DNA from: Octopus sinensis
Taxonomy: Eukaryota
Length of the DNA: 12,371 bases
NCBI RefSeq assembly: GCF_006345805.1
Contig: NW_021826557.1
Span: 1-12,371, forward strand
Direction: 5' to 3'
In this document: positions 1 through 9,056 of the stretch, in pieces
How the letters are laid out: every line of letters begins with the position of its first letter
How positions within the stretch are numbered: position 1 is the stretch's first letter
The notes under the pieces: generated by a model
What the model was told of the DNA's origin: nothing
Databases searched by the model: none
What the model saw: the letters and a program-made list of their open reading frames with translations, nothing else
Program-made: the position numbers and the translations under genes

Positions 1-189
1 CACATTATAATCATTTATGCATCTCACACACACACACACACTAATTTGACTGCTATTTCTAGTAGGTCGAGAGATGATGCCAGGGACTACATCGAAAGAA
101 GCATGACAAAGCTTCTACCACTAGCGCCCAATCCATCATTAAGGTCGTAATCGGTATCACAATTCGAAACCCCAAAACCCACCACTGAT

Positions 190-340
190 TGATAACTGGT
201 GTTGGTTTGTTTACGTCCCCATAACTTAGCGGTTCGGCAAAAGAGTCCAATAGAATAGGTACCTGACTTAACATAACTACTGAGGCCGATTTGTTCGGCT
301 AACTCAACAAGGTGGTGCTCCAGCATGGCTACGGTTCAAT
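190..340 (+). mobile_element. 3' part of a cephalopod SINE-like interspersed repeat
   Basis: The tail 'gatttgttcggctaac...aaggtggtgctccagcatggctacgg' resembles the tail at ~9815-9865 ('tttgatcgactaaaccctttaagacagagccccggcataaccgcaatc'). The family is recognised from memory of octopus repeats, and boundaries are approximate. Confidence 0.55.
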
Positions 341-539
341 ATATGTGACTGCGTGTGTGTGTGTGTGTGTGCGGGCGCGCGTGTATGTGCACTCTTTTAC
401 TTATGTACCTTTTTACGTGTACCATTATGCACCTAAGTGGTTGACTATTCCACAGACACGTCTACCCCTAGCATATTTCTCAAGAAGAATTTATGTGATG
501 AGGTTGTGTACATTTTGACATTCAAGTACATCCGACACG

Positions 540-676
540 CTTCCATACAGTTTTCGCATATCCAGTTTTACACTCAAGGTATGTGTCAATCTGAGGCTGC
601 AGAAAATGCCGTTTACCTACGAGGCCACGCAGTCGGATCGAATCAGGCACCTCATGCTTTTGAAGTGAACAACTTC
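540..676 (-). mobile_element. Decayed tRNA-derived SINE (same family as 2037-2168 and 7893-8028)
   Basis: Colinear degenerate match to 7893-8028: gcttcc..cagtttt / cactcaagg / gaggct / cacgcagtcggatcgaa. Confidence 0.55.
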
Positions 677-936
677 AAAATTCGGTCATACTGCACGTGT
701 ATGTGCTTGTGTATGCACGCAAGCGCGCGCGTAAGTAAATTTGAGAGAAACAACCTGCGTTGCGTTAGAGATAATATCGAAATCGGAAAGGATTGCACAA
801 AGAGGCATCGAACAAACTGACAGGGCAGCCTGCTGAAGAACCCAGTTTAAAATCACCGAAACGCCATATGTTAGAACGGCGCCAGTATGCCTTCATCAGA
901 AGTGAAAACCTCCACCTCTGCACACACACTCCACCT

Positions 937-939
<3 letters not shown>

Positions 940-978
<39 letters not shown>
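940..978. repeat. (CA)n microsatellite
   Basis: Pure CA run, preceded by a short duplication of ctccacctctgcacacaca. Confidence 0.95.
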
Positions 979-980
<2 letters not shown>

Positions 981-1078
981 TTATGTATATCTGTCGTATT
1001 CATAAACATTTGCACAAATACTCATATAAGTACTAATATCAAGACCAACAAAGAAACCTCTAGGTGGTTGCTTTTTCC

Positions 1079-1160
1079 TGTGTGGTAAGAAGTTTGCTTC
1101 CCAACCACATGGTTCCGGGTTCAGTCCCATTGCTTGACACCTTGGGCAAGTGTCTCCAAC
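1079..1160 (+). mobile_element. tRNA-derived SINE 5' fragment
   Basis: tgtggtaagaag (A-box-like) ... gggttcagtccc (B-box-like) ... caccttgggcaagtgtct. It is the reverse complement of the family at 7893-8028. Confidence 0.7.
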
Positions 1161-1313
1161 AGTCAAATCACCCTCAAACGATAATACAAAAAAATAAAAA
1201 GGAAAGACACTAAACTATGCCCTAAAACAAGAAATATGGAAGACAGGATGGTCATAGTGGTGGCATGCCTCGATGAGGTCTTCCCCATCAGGTTGATGCC
1301 GGGCTTAATCATT

Positions 1314-1364
1314 AACAGCAGCAACAACAACAACAACAACAACTACTACTACTACTACTACTAC
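1314..1364. repeat. Compound (CAG/CAA)n(CTA)n trinucleotide microsatellite
   Basis: acagcagcaacaacaa...actactacta. Confidence 0.9.
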
Positions 1365-1410
1365 ACACTGAAGCGTGCACCTTGGATACAACCGCATTAA
1401 TCTTAGTATA

Positions 1411-1743
1411 AAAGGGTAAAGACCCCCTTCGGTCATGAGTGACCATGGGTTTGCACCTAGAGAGTTACCTCTGAGAGGCACAAGTCTGGGCAAGGTTGTT
1501 TTTATGGAAGACCAGTAGTCGCCCATGCATACCGGCCTCCCTCTCAGCCACCAGTGTTATCCAAGGGAAAGAACAAAGGTCGATACAGCTTGCACCAGTG
1601 ACGTCGCAACTCATTTCTACAGCTGAGTGAACTGGAGCAACGTGAAATAAATTGCTTTGCTCAAGAACACAACACGCAGCCCGGTCCGGGATTCGAACTC
1701 ACAACCTCACGATCGTAAGCTCGACGCTCTAACCACTGAGCCA
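1411..1743 (-). mobile_element. Near full-length tRNA-derived SINE with 7-bp target-site duplication
   Basis: The minus strand starts tggctcagtggttagagcg (A box) ... gagttcgaatccc (B box), followed by the central domain gtgttcttgagcaaagcaatttatttcacgttgctccagttcactcagctgtagaaatg. It is flanked by TAGTATA at 1404-1410 and 1744-1750. Confidence 0.85.
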
Positions 1744-1765
1744 TAGTATACAATTCCAAATATTG

Positions 1766-1918
1766 GTATGTAGTTAAGAAGGTTGCTTCTCAACCAATGT
1801 TGTGTTGGGTTCAGATCGACCTCGCGGCACCATGGACAAATGTATTCTACTGTTGTCCCGGCCCTACCAAAACTTTGTGAGTGGATTTGGTAGAGAAAAG
1901 CTAAAATAAACAATTCGT
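1766..1918 (+). mobile_element. Decayed tRNA-derived SINE
   Basis: gttaagaaggttgcttctcaacca...gggttcag...ttgtgagtggatttggtaga, the same family as 1079-1160. Confidence 0.7.
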
Positions 1919-1957
1919 GTGTGTGTATGTATGTATGTATGTATGTATATATAAAAA

Positions 1958-2022
<65 letters not shown>

Positions 2023-2031
2023 CACACACAC
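1917..2031. repeat. Compound (TG)(TATG)n/(TA)n/(GA)n/(CA)n microsatellite
   Basis: Direct inspection. Confidence 0.95.
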
Positions 2032-2036
2032 ATAAA

Positions 2037-2168
2037 CGACGGGCTTCTTTATGTTTCCGTCTACCAAATCCACTCACAAGGCTTTGGTCGACCCTAGGCT
2101 ATGGGTGTAAAGCAGTGGGAGTGAATCTGGAACCATGTGGTTGGGAAGCAAAATTCTTACCACACAGC
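2037..2168 (-). mobile_element. tRNA-derived SINE (internally deleted), inverted relative to 1766-1918
   Basis: gggcttc...gtttccgtctaccaaatccactcacaaggctttggtcg...gaaccatgtggttgggaagcaa...cttaccacacagc. Confidence 0.8.
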
Positions 2169-2812
2169 TACGATAAACTGGCTCGAAAACAATTACGTAG
2201 GCAGGTTAAGTAGATACAGAAATTGCGGATGAGTCTCGCTTTTCCTAACAGAAGGGGAGAATGTGGAATTAATATATTCGCAACTTAAAAGACGAAAATG
2301 AAATAATAGGTTAGAGGAACAAATCAGGGGCTCTACGTGGAATAGGAAAGGAACAAGCCAACAGTTTGTAAGTTTAGCTCAAGCGATAAGTTGGTTAGTG
2401 AAGATTTGGTTTAGCGATGAACTGGATCGGCGTCGAATGGGAATCAGTGAGCAGGCAGCAGTGAATTGTGGCGATAACTTTATTTAACGGCTTTTAAGGT
2501 ACAGTTTATATTTCCTAAATGATATTGAAGAAAATCCGTTTGCATCTTATAAACATTTGATCAAGGTTTAGGTTACTGGCAAATGGCGGCTCAAGAAAAG
2601 GTCTATGAAAATTAAAGTGTGTCTTATGAGCTGTCAAACACGGAAGTTATCCCAAGCTGATTCGAAAACGTTTATACTAAGATTATATGAAGCATAAACT
2701 ATGACAACAACGAGGGCAGATCCTGCACCTTTCATAAAGCTTTTCTCAGATTCTTACCAGGAAAGCCTCAAATGTCATTGCTCAGGTTACTAGAAAGAAC
2801 AGTTAAAATATC

Positions 2813-3118
2813 ACAGACTTCAAGCAGCGCTTGAGTAACCACAAATCCTGCTTTAGGACGCCGGGGAAGCGTAACATCACGTCCTTGACCAATTACGTAT
2901 GGCATTTAAGAAGAGAGTGCGCCGTATATTATTAAGTGAAGGCATTAGAACAACCGGGGTCATACATCAACAGAATAAACAGTATAAGATTTGCTTGCCC
3001 GAGAGCGCAAGGATCCTGAAAAACTCCCTTGATCAATGACTTTTTTTTTAACTCCAGAAAAGTGTTTAGCCAATGTTCACATCAGAGGCATTTCCTGTTG
3101 CAAACTTGGAATTCATAA
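2813..3118 (+). pseudogene. Frameshifted C-terminal half of a Penelope-like element GIY-YIG endonuclease
   Basis: Hand translation from 2813 gives TDFKQRLSNHKSCFRTPGKRNITSLTNYVWHLRRE. After frameshifts it gives PYIIK, YKICLPESARILK and VFSQCSHQRHFLLQTWNS* (TAA at 3116-3118). This matches the PLE endonuclease pattern FKxRxxNHxxSF...TxLSxYxWxLK...CxLCxxEKxxI...LNxRxE...CxHxxxFxL. Confidence 0.8.
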
Positions 3119-3305
3119 TTTGTCGAATAGGAATACACCGCCAGCTTCGAAAATCGTTACGGACACGGCTCGAACCGATGTAAGGTTGATAATCCCGCCC
3201 CACCCGAAGGTTTACTACTAGGATTTCGTTCCGAGTATTTTTTGCTTACACAACTAATTTACCATAACGTTTTCCTCTCTCCAGTTGTCGAGAGGTTATG
3301 CGCCT

Positions 3306-3381
3306 CCGGCCATTTGAGTCTGATGTGTCGTCTATACTTGGCGCCTTATTAGTGTGAAACCAATGGTCACTCTTTGACCGG
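3306..3381 (+). ncRNA. Type I hammerhead ribozyme relic in the PLE 3' UTR/pLTR
   Basis: Stem I gagt(3316-3319)/actc(3369-3372) extends past an internal loop with ccggcca/tgaccgg. Core CTGATGT (3320-3326, A9 changed to U) ... GAAAC-CAATG-GTC (3356-3368). AATAAA follows at ~3402. Stem II pairing is poor. Confidence 0.65.
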
Positions 3382-3760
3382 CTATAACAAATAACCTTCT
3401 TAATAAATTACTGCTATAATGTTTTAGAGTGTACTTCTTTTTCGTATATGTGAACTACTGACGATATATATATGTAATATATACATGATTCAGGTAAATA
3501 AGGCACTTAAATGGTAAAGCGCCGGTTGAGCCAGAATTAAAATGCATATACAGCAATAATAGCCGAATAGCAATATTGGTACAGATGTACTGACAGAAAG
3601 ATATTTAGGTTATGTATACAATTAATTGAAGCCAACTAAATATATCATCAGTCCTTGGGCTAATTCAGAAACGCACATTATATTAAATATACGGAACACG
3701 CGAGGAGCAGGCTCCGAGAGAGGTGAATCATAAATAAATAACAAACGATGGAGAGGTGTC

Positions 3761-3847
3761 AATTCATTACAGCTGTTTCCAACGAAGTTTTTAATTGATT
3801 AATCAATACTTTTATCATTATAAAATCCCATTTTCTTCAGATGAATT
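3761..3847 (-). ncRNA. Type I hammerhead ribozyme motif (intact core, long stem II region)
   Basis: The minus strand reads aattcat-CTGAAGA-[54 nt]-GAAAC-AGCT-GTA-atgaatt. Stem I is 7 bp, the stem III loop is palindromic and the triplet is GUA. Confidence 0.7.
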
Positions 3848-3978
3848 CAAGAATTATACAATTAAGATCATTTAAAAACCTTTTAAATCCTCAGCATCTA
3901 CATATTTAGTGAATCCATTATCGTCGTGAAATCACTAAATATGCACATGCCGGAGATTTAAAATTTAAAATTCGTCTT

Positions 3979-4068
3979 TTCATCTGAAGAAAACGGTCGG
4001 TTATTTTAAATAATGATATAATGTACTCATTAATCAATTAAAAACTTCATTGGAACAGCTGTAATGAA
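3979..4068 (+). ncRNA. Type I hammerhead ribozyme motif (one A lost from GAAA)
   Basis: ttcat-CTGAAGA(3984-3990)-[62 nt]-GAAC-AGCT-GTA-atgaa. This is the mirror copy of 3761-3847. Confidence 0.6.
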
Positions 4069-4227
4069 TTGGCACCTATCCATCATTTGTTATATATATA
4101 TATAATGTTAAGTATAATTTAAAATGTATGGGCTATTTATGAAGTGTTCATAGAGAGCCAATGCGAAAAAATACAGAGTATATATATGTGTATATATACA
4201 GAGTATATATATGTGTGTATATACCAT

Positions 4228-4360
4228 ATCACCTGAAGAAATGAAAGGATGAATGAAGACCCTCATGATGGCTATAGATATTACGGATTGAACTGTAATC
4301 ATACCAGGAATAAGAACTAAGGTGGTAAGAAACGTGATGTGTGGAAACGCGCGTAGCGAT
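4228..4360 (+). ncRNA. Type I hammerhead-like motif with very long stem II region
   Basis: atcac-CTGAAGA(4233-4239)-[104 nt]-GAAAC-GCGC-GTA(4344-4355)-gcgat. Stem I pairs at 4 of 5 positions. Confidence 0.55.
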
Positions 4361-4650
4361 GCATTAGAATATTTATAAATTCTATCTATGGATTATTATC
4401 GTTATTACTATATTTGTCCTACGTAATATCGGCACAGCTCGGTAGAACCCCATAAATTTGCTGTTACAAGTTGGTATCGTTAGGCAGGAGCCGGCATAAT
4501 AAAATAGGAGCTTTTATATGGATATTCAAAAACGTTTCCCGTAAACTAACTTAGAGGATATATATATATAGTTTAATGTTTAAAATACCATAATAAAAAA
4601 ACTTGAAAACCAGACCATGTTTAAACTTTATTCAACTGATATATATACAT

Positions 4651-5124
4651 ATATATAAACATATGCATATATACATACATATATGTACATACCTACATCT
4701 ATATGTATATATACATGCATATATGGGTACAGGACATAAAAAAACGTAAGGACTATGAGAAACGAAAACATGGAAACAAACTTTTTTTCAAACAACGAAA
4801 GAACAGAGTACAAGATATACAACACAAGGAATATTCCTCTTCTTTAGTTGTCCCTGTTTCGTCTACTCCGCGTACCTTCGCAACGCAGTGTAGACGAATC
4901 AGGGAGAACTGAAGAAGGGGAATATTCCTTGTGTTGTATGTCTTGTACTCTGTTTTTCCGTTGTTTGAAAAAAAGATCGTTTCCATGTTTTTGTTTTTAT
5001 GTTTTTGTTTCTCATTGTGTTCAGCGTTTTATTTTTGGTGTCCTGTACCCATATATGAATGTATATATACATATAGATGTAGGTATGCACATATATGTGT
5101 GTATACATGCATATGTTTATATAT
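4651..5124. repeat. ~474-bp fold-back palindrome between TA-rich flanks (probably PLE-terminus derived)
   Basis: 4651-4873 is the imperfect reverse complement of 4883-5124, with a ~9-nt loop. The mirrored ORF translations (4628..4825- vs 4931..5143+; 4753..4986- vs 4848..5312+) confirm the symmetry. The PLE origin is inference. Confidence 0.9.
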
Positions 5125-5172
5125 TATTTATGTTATTATATGATCGAACGCCACGCATCCATTTCCAAGTAA

Positions 5173-5174
<2 letters not shown>

Positions 5175-5267
<93 letters not shown>

Positions 5268-5440
5268 GTATGTAATGTATGTATACGCAAATATACATTC
5301 AGAGATATATAAGAGCACACACACACACATATATATATATATTCACACACACACACACTCGTATATATATATAGGCATACATACATATGCATACACGGAT
5401 GCATACATGCATGCGTACATATGTATATGTGTGTGTATGA
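5175..5440. repeat. Compound (TC)n(TA)n and degenerate CA/TA/TATG microsatellite tract
   Basis: Direct inspection. Confidence 0.9.
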
Positions 5441-5859
5441 GTATGTTTCGCTGAAATGAATGAGATAGATAATAATATACTTAGGATTATGTTGTAGCAT
5501 TATTTTGGAGTATTATAGATGTATCTAAGTATATAAATGTGATCGCAGAGATAATAGTATTTCGGATGCCAGAGAATAGTGACGTCGAAAACACCTTGGT
5601 ATTAATTTAACAAGAGTTGCGTGATTTAGGTGAGCAGGTGTGGCTCTAAAGAAACAGGCATCAATGGTCACTGAGAAGCTAAAGAGTACCAAAGAAGTAA
5701 AGGAAGAACTTTCATATTTTCTGGTGGTTTTCATTGCATTTTAGACATTGGAAGTAAAGGCTAGGTTGGCAGTTGATAGAAAATTCCTTTTAAAGAAACT
5801 AGGACACAGTATACGTATGCTTTCGTAGATTAAGACCACTCTTCAGAGGATGATATATT

Positions 5860-6376
5860 TATTTCTTTATTGCCCACAAGTGGTTAAACCCACTGCACAA
5901 CTGGTACTTATTTTATCGACCCCGAAAGGATGAAAGGTAAAGTCGACCTCGGCGAAATTGAACTCAGAACGTAACAATAGACGAAATACCTATTTCTTTA
6001 CTGCCCACAAGGGGCTACACAATGAGGGGACAAACAAGGACAGACAAACGGATTAAGTCGATTATATCGACCCCAGTGCGCAACTGGTATTTATTTAATC
6101 GACTCCGAAAGGATGAAAAGCAATGTCGACCTCGGCGGAATTTGAACTCAGAACGTAATGGCAGACGAAATACCTATTTCTATTTCTTTACTACCCACAA
6201 AGGGCTAAACACAGAGAGGACAAACAAGGGCAGACAAACGGATTAAGTCGATTACATCGACCCCAGTGCGTAACTGGTACTTAATTTATCGACCCTAAAA
6301 GGATGAAAGGCAAAGTCGACCTCGGCAGAATTTGAACTCAGACGAAATACGGCTAAGCATTTCAGCCGGCGTGCTA
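5860..6376 (-). mobile_element. Head-to-tail trimer of a tRNA-derived SINE (one partial head, three bodies)
   Basis: Units are 5860-5990 (internally deleted), 5991-6174 and 6175-6376. Each contains atcgaccccgaaaggatgaaaggcaaagtcgacctcggc..ttgaactcaga or a close variant. The central block resembles the Deu/Nin SINE domain. Confidence 0.9.
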
Positions 6377-6583
6377 GTCGGTTGGTTGCACACATCAGCA
6401 AATAGTCTTGGTTTAGGTGTGACAACAATGCCGAAAAATTTGCTGTTCCAAAGTTTCTTACGCTAATGAATCGTGCTTGTTATGAAAACTCATTCCCCTG
6501 AACTGAAAGGTTGTTTTCCATTGACGAAATACAATAACAATCAGTGCAGTCTCGTTCCAGTCTGCTGGAACGTTATAAGAATA

Positions 6584-6604
6584 CACACACACACACACAT
6601 ACGC

Positions 6605-6670
<66 letters not shown>

Positions 6671-6685
6671 CACACACACCATACA

Positions 6686-6754
<69 letters not shown>
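6584..6754. repeat. Long interrupted (CA)n microsatellite
   Basis: Direct inspection. It explains the HT/CV-repeat ORFs. Confidence 0.97.
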
Positions 6755-6761
<7 letters not shown>

Positions 6762-7103
6762 ATGAGAGGTAATGGTGTCATTGAGACCCAAAGGTGTCAG
6801 GTAATGCTGAATAAGTGCTATAGATAGACCACAGTTATCGGTGATTATGCGAATAAGGGGTTCAAAGTTGGTCATATGTCAGCGTGTGTATATAAATTTG
6901 TTTCGTAATGAGATAAAAGGACCAAGGCTGTGTAGATTTTAGAACATTTATAGATATGAATCTTGTATGTATACCATTCTGCCTAAAAAAAAAGGATCTA
7001 CTAATACAATGTCCCTACACATCAAACATCTATTTTCTTTCCTCCACCTCACTCTCTATTTTGTATCTATTTTGTAACTATTACTTAACCATTTTCTCAC
7101 ACC

Positions 7104-7151
7104 GTCTCCGATGAAGGGATATAATAAATATCCTGGAAACAGCTGTTAGAC
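7104..7151 (+). ncRNA. Minimal PLE-type hammerhead ribozyme relic
   Basis: gtct-CCGATGA(U4 changed to C)-a-GGGATAT aataa ATATCCT-g-GAAAC-AGCT-GTT-agac. Stem I is gtct/agac, stem II is 7 bp and the stem III loop is palindromic. Confidence 0.75.
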
Positions 7152-7153
7152 CT

Positions 7154-7383
7154 ATTTTTTTACTACCCACAAGGGGCTAAACACAGAGGAGGCGAACAAG
7201 GACAGACAAACGGATTAAGTCGGTTACATCGACCCCAGTGCGTAACTGGTACTTAATTTATCGACCCCGAAAGGATGAAAGGCAAAGTCGACCTCGGAGG
7301 ATTTTGAACTTAGAACGTAACGGCAGACGAAATACTGCTAAGCGTTTCGCCCGGTGTGCTAACGTTTCTGCCAGCTCGCCGCC
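7154..7383 (-). mobile_element. Full-length tRNA-derived SINE (family of 5860-6376)
   Basis: The minus strand reads ggcggcgagctggcagaaacgttagcac (A box) ... agttcaaaatcc (B box) ... gtcgactttgcctttcatcctttcggggtcgataaattaagtaccag ... A-rich tail. A probable decayed TSD lies at 7137-7153 and 7384-7398. Confidence 0.9.
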
Positions 7384-7449
7384 AAACGGCTGGGACCTTC
7401 TATCTATAATGTTCTAAAATTTAAACTTTTTTTTTTTATTTCATTACCG

Positions 7450-7511
7450 TATATATATATATATTATATATATATATATATATATAATATATATGTATAT
7501 ATATATATATA
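7450..7511. repeat. (TA)n microsatellite
   Basis: Direct inspection. Confidence 0.9.
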
Positions 7512-7603
7512 CCCTCCTTCTTTCTTTCTTTCTAGCGTCCATAATACTATATGTTCCAGACCTCGCGTTGTTGTGTTTTTGATTGCTTATTGTTTAGATT
7601 AAC

Positions 7604-7627
7604 TATATAATATATTATATAATATAT

Positions 7628-7661
<34 letters not shown>
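7604..7661. repeat. (TA)n microsatellite
   Basis: Direct inspection. Confidence 0.9.
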
Positions 7662-7664
<3 letters not shown>

Positions 7665-7892
7665 TATTAACCTAGCAGCAGAAGCAATCCACGTTTTATT
7701 TCTAAAACTCCTTCGGATAGTGTGGTGGGAACCCATGATGTTCAGTATGAATTTACGAGCAGGAACTTCAAATTCTCTCGGATGCTAGACTAGTTTAGTA
7801 GCACCCTGCACTGTACTATATTAATACACTTATATCAAACACAGACAGAAAGATACACACACATAGATATACATAGATACAATGGTCATCTT

Positions 7893-8028
7893 TAAGCTTC
7901 TGTCTACCAAATCCACTCTCAAGACTTTGGTCGGCCCGAGGCTATAGTAGAAAACACTTGTCCAAGGTTTCAGTTTCACGTAGTGGGACTGAAACTCTAA
8001 CCATCTGGTTGGGAAGCAAGCTTCTTAT
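7893..8028 (-). mobile_element. tRNA-derived SINE
   Basis: gtctaccaaatccactctcaagactttggtcggcccgaggctatagtagaaaacacttgtccaagg...tagtgggactgaaac...ggttgggaagcaagcttctta, homologous to 2037-2168. Confidence 0.8.
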
Positions 8029-9056
8029 CTGCGCCTTTGTACAATTATTAAGCGATTCCTGCCTAATTCTTCCCTTGTTAATCCTTCTTTATTTCCACCT
8101 TTTCCTCCTCATCATCTGCACTAGAGAGAATGATGATAATGACGGTGGTGATCTACATACAACGTCCCTAGTAGTGGTAATGTTGATGGAAGTTACAGTG
8201 ACGAAACATCTGTTTCAATAGAGACAGTATACATTGTTCAGCTCACTCTCTATTTCCCATATTGCTAAAATATGCAAATTCGCGCTTACTTTTTATCCCT
8301 CTCTCCCTCAGTTTGCCTGCCTGTCTGTTTGTCTGTCTGTCTATCTATCTCTCTCCCTCTCTCTTCCTTTCCTCCCCCTCTTCCTTCTGTGTTCATCTTA
8401 TATAAATTATATTTACTCACATTTAAGCTTTATCCATTTTAGTGAACCGACATATATCCTATATTCCCAATTGTATCATATACAATATAGACCAACTGAA
8501 GGAGTTATTAACTTTGTTATTCTCGACCTCAAATTATTTTTATCTAGCCTATATATTTACATCCTACCCACCTTCACACTCACCTAACCTCTACACCTCA
8601 CGCACCACATTAAATGACATTTCCTGGCTGAAGCCCCAGCCTAGTGACAATTCTAATGATAACGTATTAAATTATATAATTTTGTATAAATTTTTTCGTC
8701 TTATTTTATTGCAATTTATTTCTTATTTAAGGTGCCTAAGACGTGTTTTGGTGTTTCATTCTTTCTTGGCCTAGTTTTATAATATCCTTTTTGTTGCTGT
8801 GTGTATATATATATACATTTGTTCTGCATTTATTTTTTGCATTTTATCATTATGTTTTTTTACGATCAATGTTAGGAACTTTATTCTTTACTTCTGTGTA
8901 TTCTGATGCTCTGGTGGTCTGGCTAGCATCTGTCTGTTAGTTTATCAACTGTCTCATCATCCCACCTCCTTCTCTTCCTCCAGTTCATATTCATGCACAT
9001 TTACGCACAAATACATTGTCTACCATTAACTTTTACCACCACTCTGTACGTTGCAG

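Larger units (their letters stand above)
3738..4093. mobile_element. ~356-bp fold-back (imperfect palindrome) element with a hammerhead in each arm
   Basis: 3738-3845 is the reverse complement of 3979-4093. Inner arms ttttaaatcctcagcatctacatatttagtga / tcactaaatatgcacatgccggagatttaaaa also pair, and the centre is at ~3920. The right end runs into (TA)n. Confidence 0.85.

Noticed and set aside
828-900. CTGAAGA...GAAAC (plus) and CTGATGAAGG (minus) hammerhead-like words
   Set aside because: Stems I and II do not pair on the plus strand, and no GAAA follows on the minus strand.
1670-1743. tRNA-like sequence on the minus strand
   Set aside because: It is the SINE head (A/B boxes) fused to a SINE body with a TSD, and it has no complete acceptor stem.
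3515-3660. Minus-strand CTGATGA followed by an imperfect hairpin (atatttag/ctaaatat) and a possible decayed GAAACCGGTA
   Set aside because: The second core element reads ctcaaccggc and stem I does not close. It is too degraded to call.
4876-4930. Permuted (type II-like) hammerhead at the centre of the second palindrome: GCAAC..GTA...CTGAAGA
   Set aside because: GAAA is mutated and the would-be stem I has no complementarity.
5860-6376. Regularly spaced repeats suggestive of a CRISPR array
   Set aside because: The units are 130-200-bp SINE bodies with no unique spacers, in a eukaryotic context.
8203-8245. gaaacatctgtttc mini-palindrome resembling GAAAC-AGCT-GT
   Set aside because: No valid CUGANGA or stem I on either strand.
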